Under the pieces are notes generated by a model. That model had not been told where the DNA came from. It was given only the letters and a program-made list of their open reading frames with translations, and searched no databases. Source: a virus (lineage: Duplodnaviria; Caudoviricetes). From it: 45,356 nucleotides of DNA. The stretch lies in IMG/VR virus record IMGVR_UViG_3300037782_000160, positions 1 to 45,356 of that record; one strand, given 5' to 3'. The position numbers and the translations under genes were made by a program. Shown piece by piece: positions 43,795-45,356 of the stretch; positions within the stretch are counted from its first letter, which is position 1, and the number at the start of each line of letters is the position of its first letter.

Positions 43795-44061
43795 CTATCC
43801 TTCCATGTCTATATTGGTGGATTGTTGTGCTTTGTGACGGGCAAGCGCCGCACCCAAAGACCGCGAGAACTCACGCGCTTTCCGGCGCTCCTCGGACAGC
43901 TCATGGGCGCGGATATTGGCCTCGACCCACCTGCGCTCTTCAGGAGTTGCCTCACCTCGATTATACCGACACCAATGACACTGGCAGGGCGGGCACATGC
44001 TATCGGGCGCATCATCTTCACGTGGCGATGGGTGATCCTGGCCGCAGACACCGCAGCTCAT
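43795..44061 (-). CDS. Hypothetical Cys-rich protein
   Basis: MSCGVCG start with ATGA overlap. Confidence 0.55.
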   Translation of the reverse strand: MSCGVCGQDHPSPREDDAPDSMCPPCQCHWCRYNRGEATPEERRWVEANIRAHELSEERRKAREFSRSLGAALARHKAQQSTNIDMEG

Positions 44062-44726
44062 CGACCTTCCTCTCCGTCTATGTTGGTGGGGTGGACTGTG
44101 ACGCTGTAGAAGGCGCACCATAGATTGCGGTCCCAAACGTCTTGGTACTGGCGCTTGAACCCTTCGCCGTAGTCAAGCCAGCCGTCACTCGGATTGCCGT
44201 AAGGCCCGCCGGGCACCATGTGAACCGGGTCAACGCCGGTGGCACACGCTTCCTTCGGGCTGATCCTGTGAATCTGCTTCACGGCTACATCGTTGACGAT
44301 CAGGGTCAGGCGGCTAGCCCAAGGGGGCATTTCGTCGTCGGGGCGCCACTTCATTTCTCGCGCCTGGACCCACCGGATGCGCTCGATGGTCAAAGCGTCG
44401 CTCTGCGGCTCGTGTTCCGGCGCGTCGACCTGATAGAGCACATTGTCTATCCGCCTAGGTCGCTGAACTGCGGGGTTAAGGGCGTACGCCTCGCGGCCCC
44501 AGATCCGATCCCCGGCGGCGAAGCCAACCCGGATCGTCGCACCGATGCCCATGCCGCCCACCAGCAACCATTCGCGCTTGCCAGTCCGTTCAGCGTGCCA
44601 ACCGGTAAACTCTCGGTTCGCGCCATCATTCCATTCCGGCTCCAACGGCCTCACGATCAGCGACAAGCGGCCATCCAATGCGGCGCGTACCTCATGGGGG
44701 CGGAGGTCTAGGGGGTGGTCAGTCAT
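44058..44726 (-). CDS. ASCH/PUA-like conserved phage protein
   Basis: VRAALDGR, GDRIWGRE, MPPWASRLTL, EACATG, WDRNLW motifs. Confidence 0.65.
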   Translation of the reverse strand: MTDHPLDLRPHEVRAALDGRLSLIVRPLEPEWNDGANREFTGWHAERTGKREWLLVGGMGIGATIRVGFAAGDRIWGREAYALNPAVQRPRRIDNVLYQVDAPEHEPQSDALTIERIRWVQAREMKWRPDDEMPPWASRLTLIVNDVAVKQIHRISPKEACATGVDPVHMVPGGPYGNPSDGWLDYGEGFKRQYQDVWDRNLWCAFYSVTVHPTNIDGEEGR

Positions 44727-44741
44727 TGGGTGGTTCCTCCG

Positions 44742-44999
44742 TCAAAGACGCTTCCGGCCGGCGTATTCGACCTCATGTCGGCGCTGGCGGAGTGATTTCG
44801 TTTCTGGCTGCTTGGGTTCGAGAGATTGGCGCAAAGATCGTTCAATCTCGCGCTGGCAGCCGGGCGACAAGCTATCCCAATCGGCCTGCGACCAACCTAG
44901 TTCTGGCGGCGGGGAGTAACCTGGCGCGTCAGTTTGGTAAGTGAACAAACGGCGAGAGCACTCTCTAGAGAGCGCCTCCTCAATCGAAACGCCCATCAC
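44742..44999 (-). CDS. Hypothetical protein
   Basis: GGAGG RBS before GTG. Confidence 0.5.
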   Translation of the reverse strand: MMGVSIEEALSRECSRRLFTYQTDAPGYSPPPELGWSQADWDSLSPGCQREIERSLRQSLEPKQPETKSLRQRRHEVEYAGRKRL

Positions 45000-45023
45000 G
45001 GCCTCCTTTCTGGGTGGGGGGGC

Positions 45024-45356
45024 TCAATCGCAAAACTCGCGATACTGAGACTGATCATCCTCTTCGTCCTCTGCCTCGATCGCGGGAGGGTCGCGGTATT
45101 CGAGCGGGCGCGGTGGCCGTGGATCGCGGTGGGCGTAGTGATCTTTGGCGACGCTCTCAGAGATCGGTCGCAGGGCATAAATCGATGACGCGCCATAATA
45201 CTCCGTGGCGTAGGTGCCATCATCGGTCTCGACGTCGATGCGGAGCATGAGCCCGCCGGCAATCTCTTCTTCGCGTGCCCGGCCGATCCGTTGGCGGTGG
45301 CCCATCAGCTCCAGGAGCACCCAACCGAACTCGCGCGGCGTCTTGCTATCTGTCAT
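45024..45356 (-). CDS. Conserved phage hypothetical protein
   Basis: WVLLELMGHRQRIG...MLRIDV...YYGASSIY motif. Confidence 0.7.
   Translation of the reverse strand: MTDSKTPREFGWVLLELMGHRQRIGRAREEEIAGGLMLRIDVETDDGTYATEYYGASSIYALRPISESVAKDHYAHRDPRPPRPLEYRDPPAIEAEDEEDDQSQYREFCD

Larger units (their letters stand above)
1336..45356. mobile_element. Temperate podovirus-type prophage inserted at tRNA-Thr; right end not reached
   Basis: Integrase abutting the tRNA, followed by immunity, replication, packaging, head, tail and lysis modules; no second copy of the tRNA 3' end seen. Confidence 0.93.

Noticed and set aside
1336-45356. CRISPR array, IS element or attR direct repeat
   Set aside because: No regularly spaced repeats, transposase or second copy of the tRNA 3' end found by eye

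Overview
The window holds a host YeeE/YedE sulfur-transporter gene and tRNA-Thr(TGT) at 1260-1335, followed by about 44 kb of an apparently intact temperate prophage integrated at the tRNA 3' end; attR is not in the window. The host is probably an alphaproteobacterium (Rhodobacteraceae-like; inference). The phage combines a lambdoid early region (integrase/xis, RecE/RecT, short CI plus Cro with five TGCCAT-N5-ATGGCA operators, GapR-like, RuvC-like, DnaB, initiator with iterons) with a BPP-1/T7-type podovirus virion module, a holin/endolysin/Rz/Rz1 cassette and a leftward cluster of small accessory genes. The strongest signal is non-coding. Between terS and terL, a near-consensus sigma70 promoter (TTGATC-N17-TATACT, extended -10) points into a ~200-nt rod-like RNA closed by a perfect 21-bp inverted repeat, and its apex is a complete type I hammerhead ribozyme. 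Also present are two further highly structured intergenic elements (one with an 11-bp kissing loop) and a recurrent phage-specific late-promoter motif (YGTGCATY at about -40). Protein family calls come from motif recognition and synteny, not database searches.
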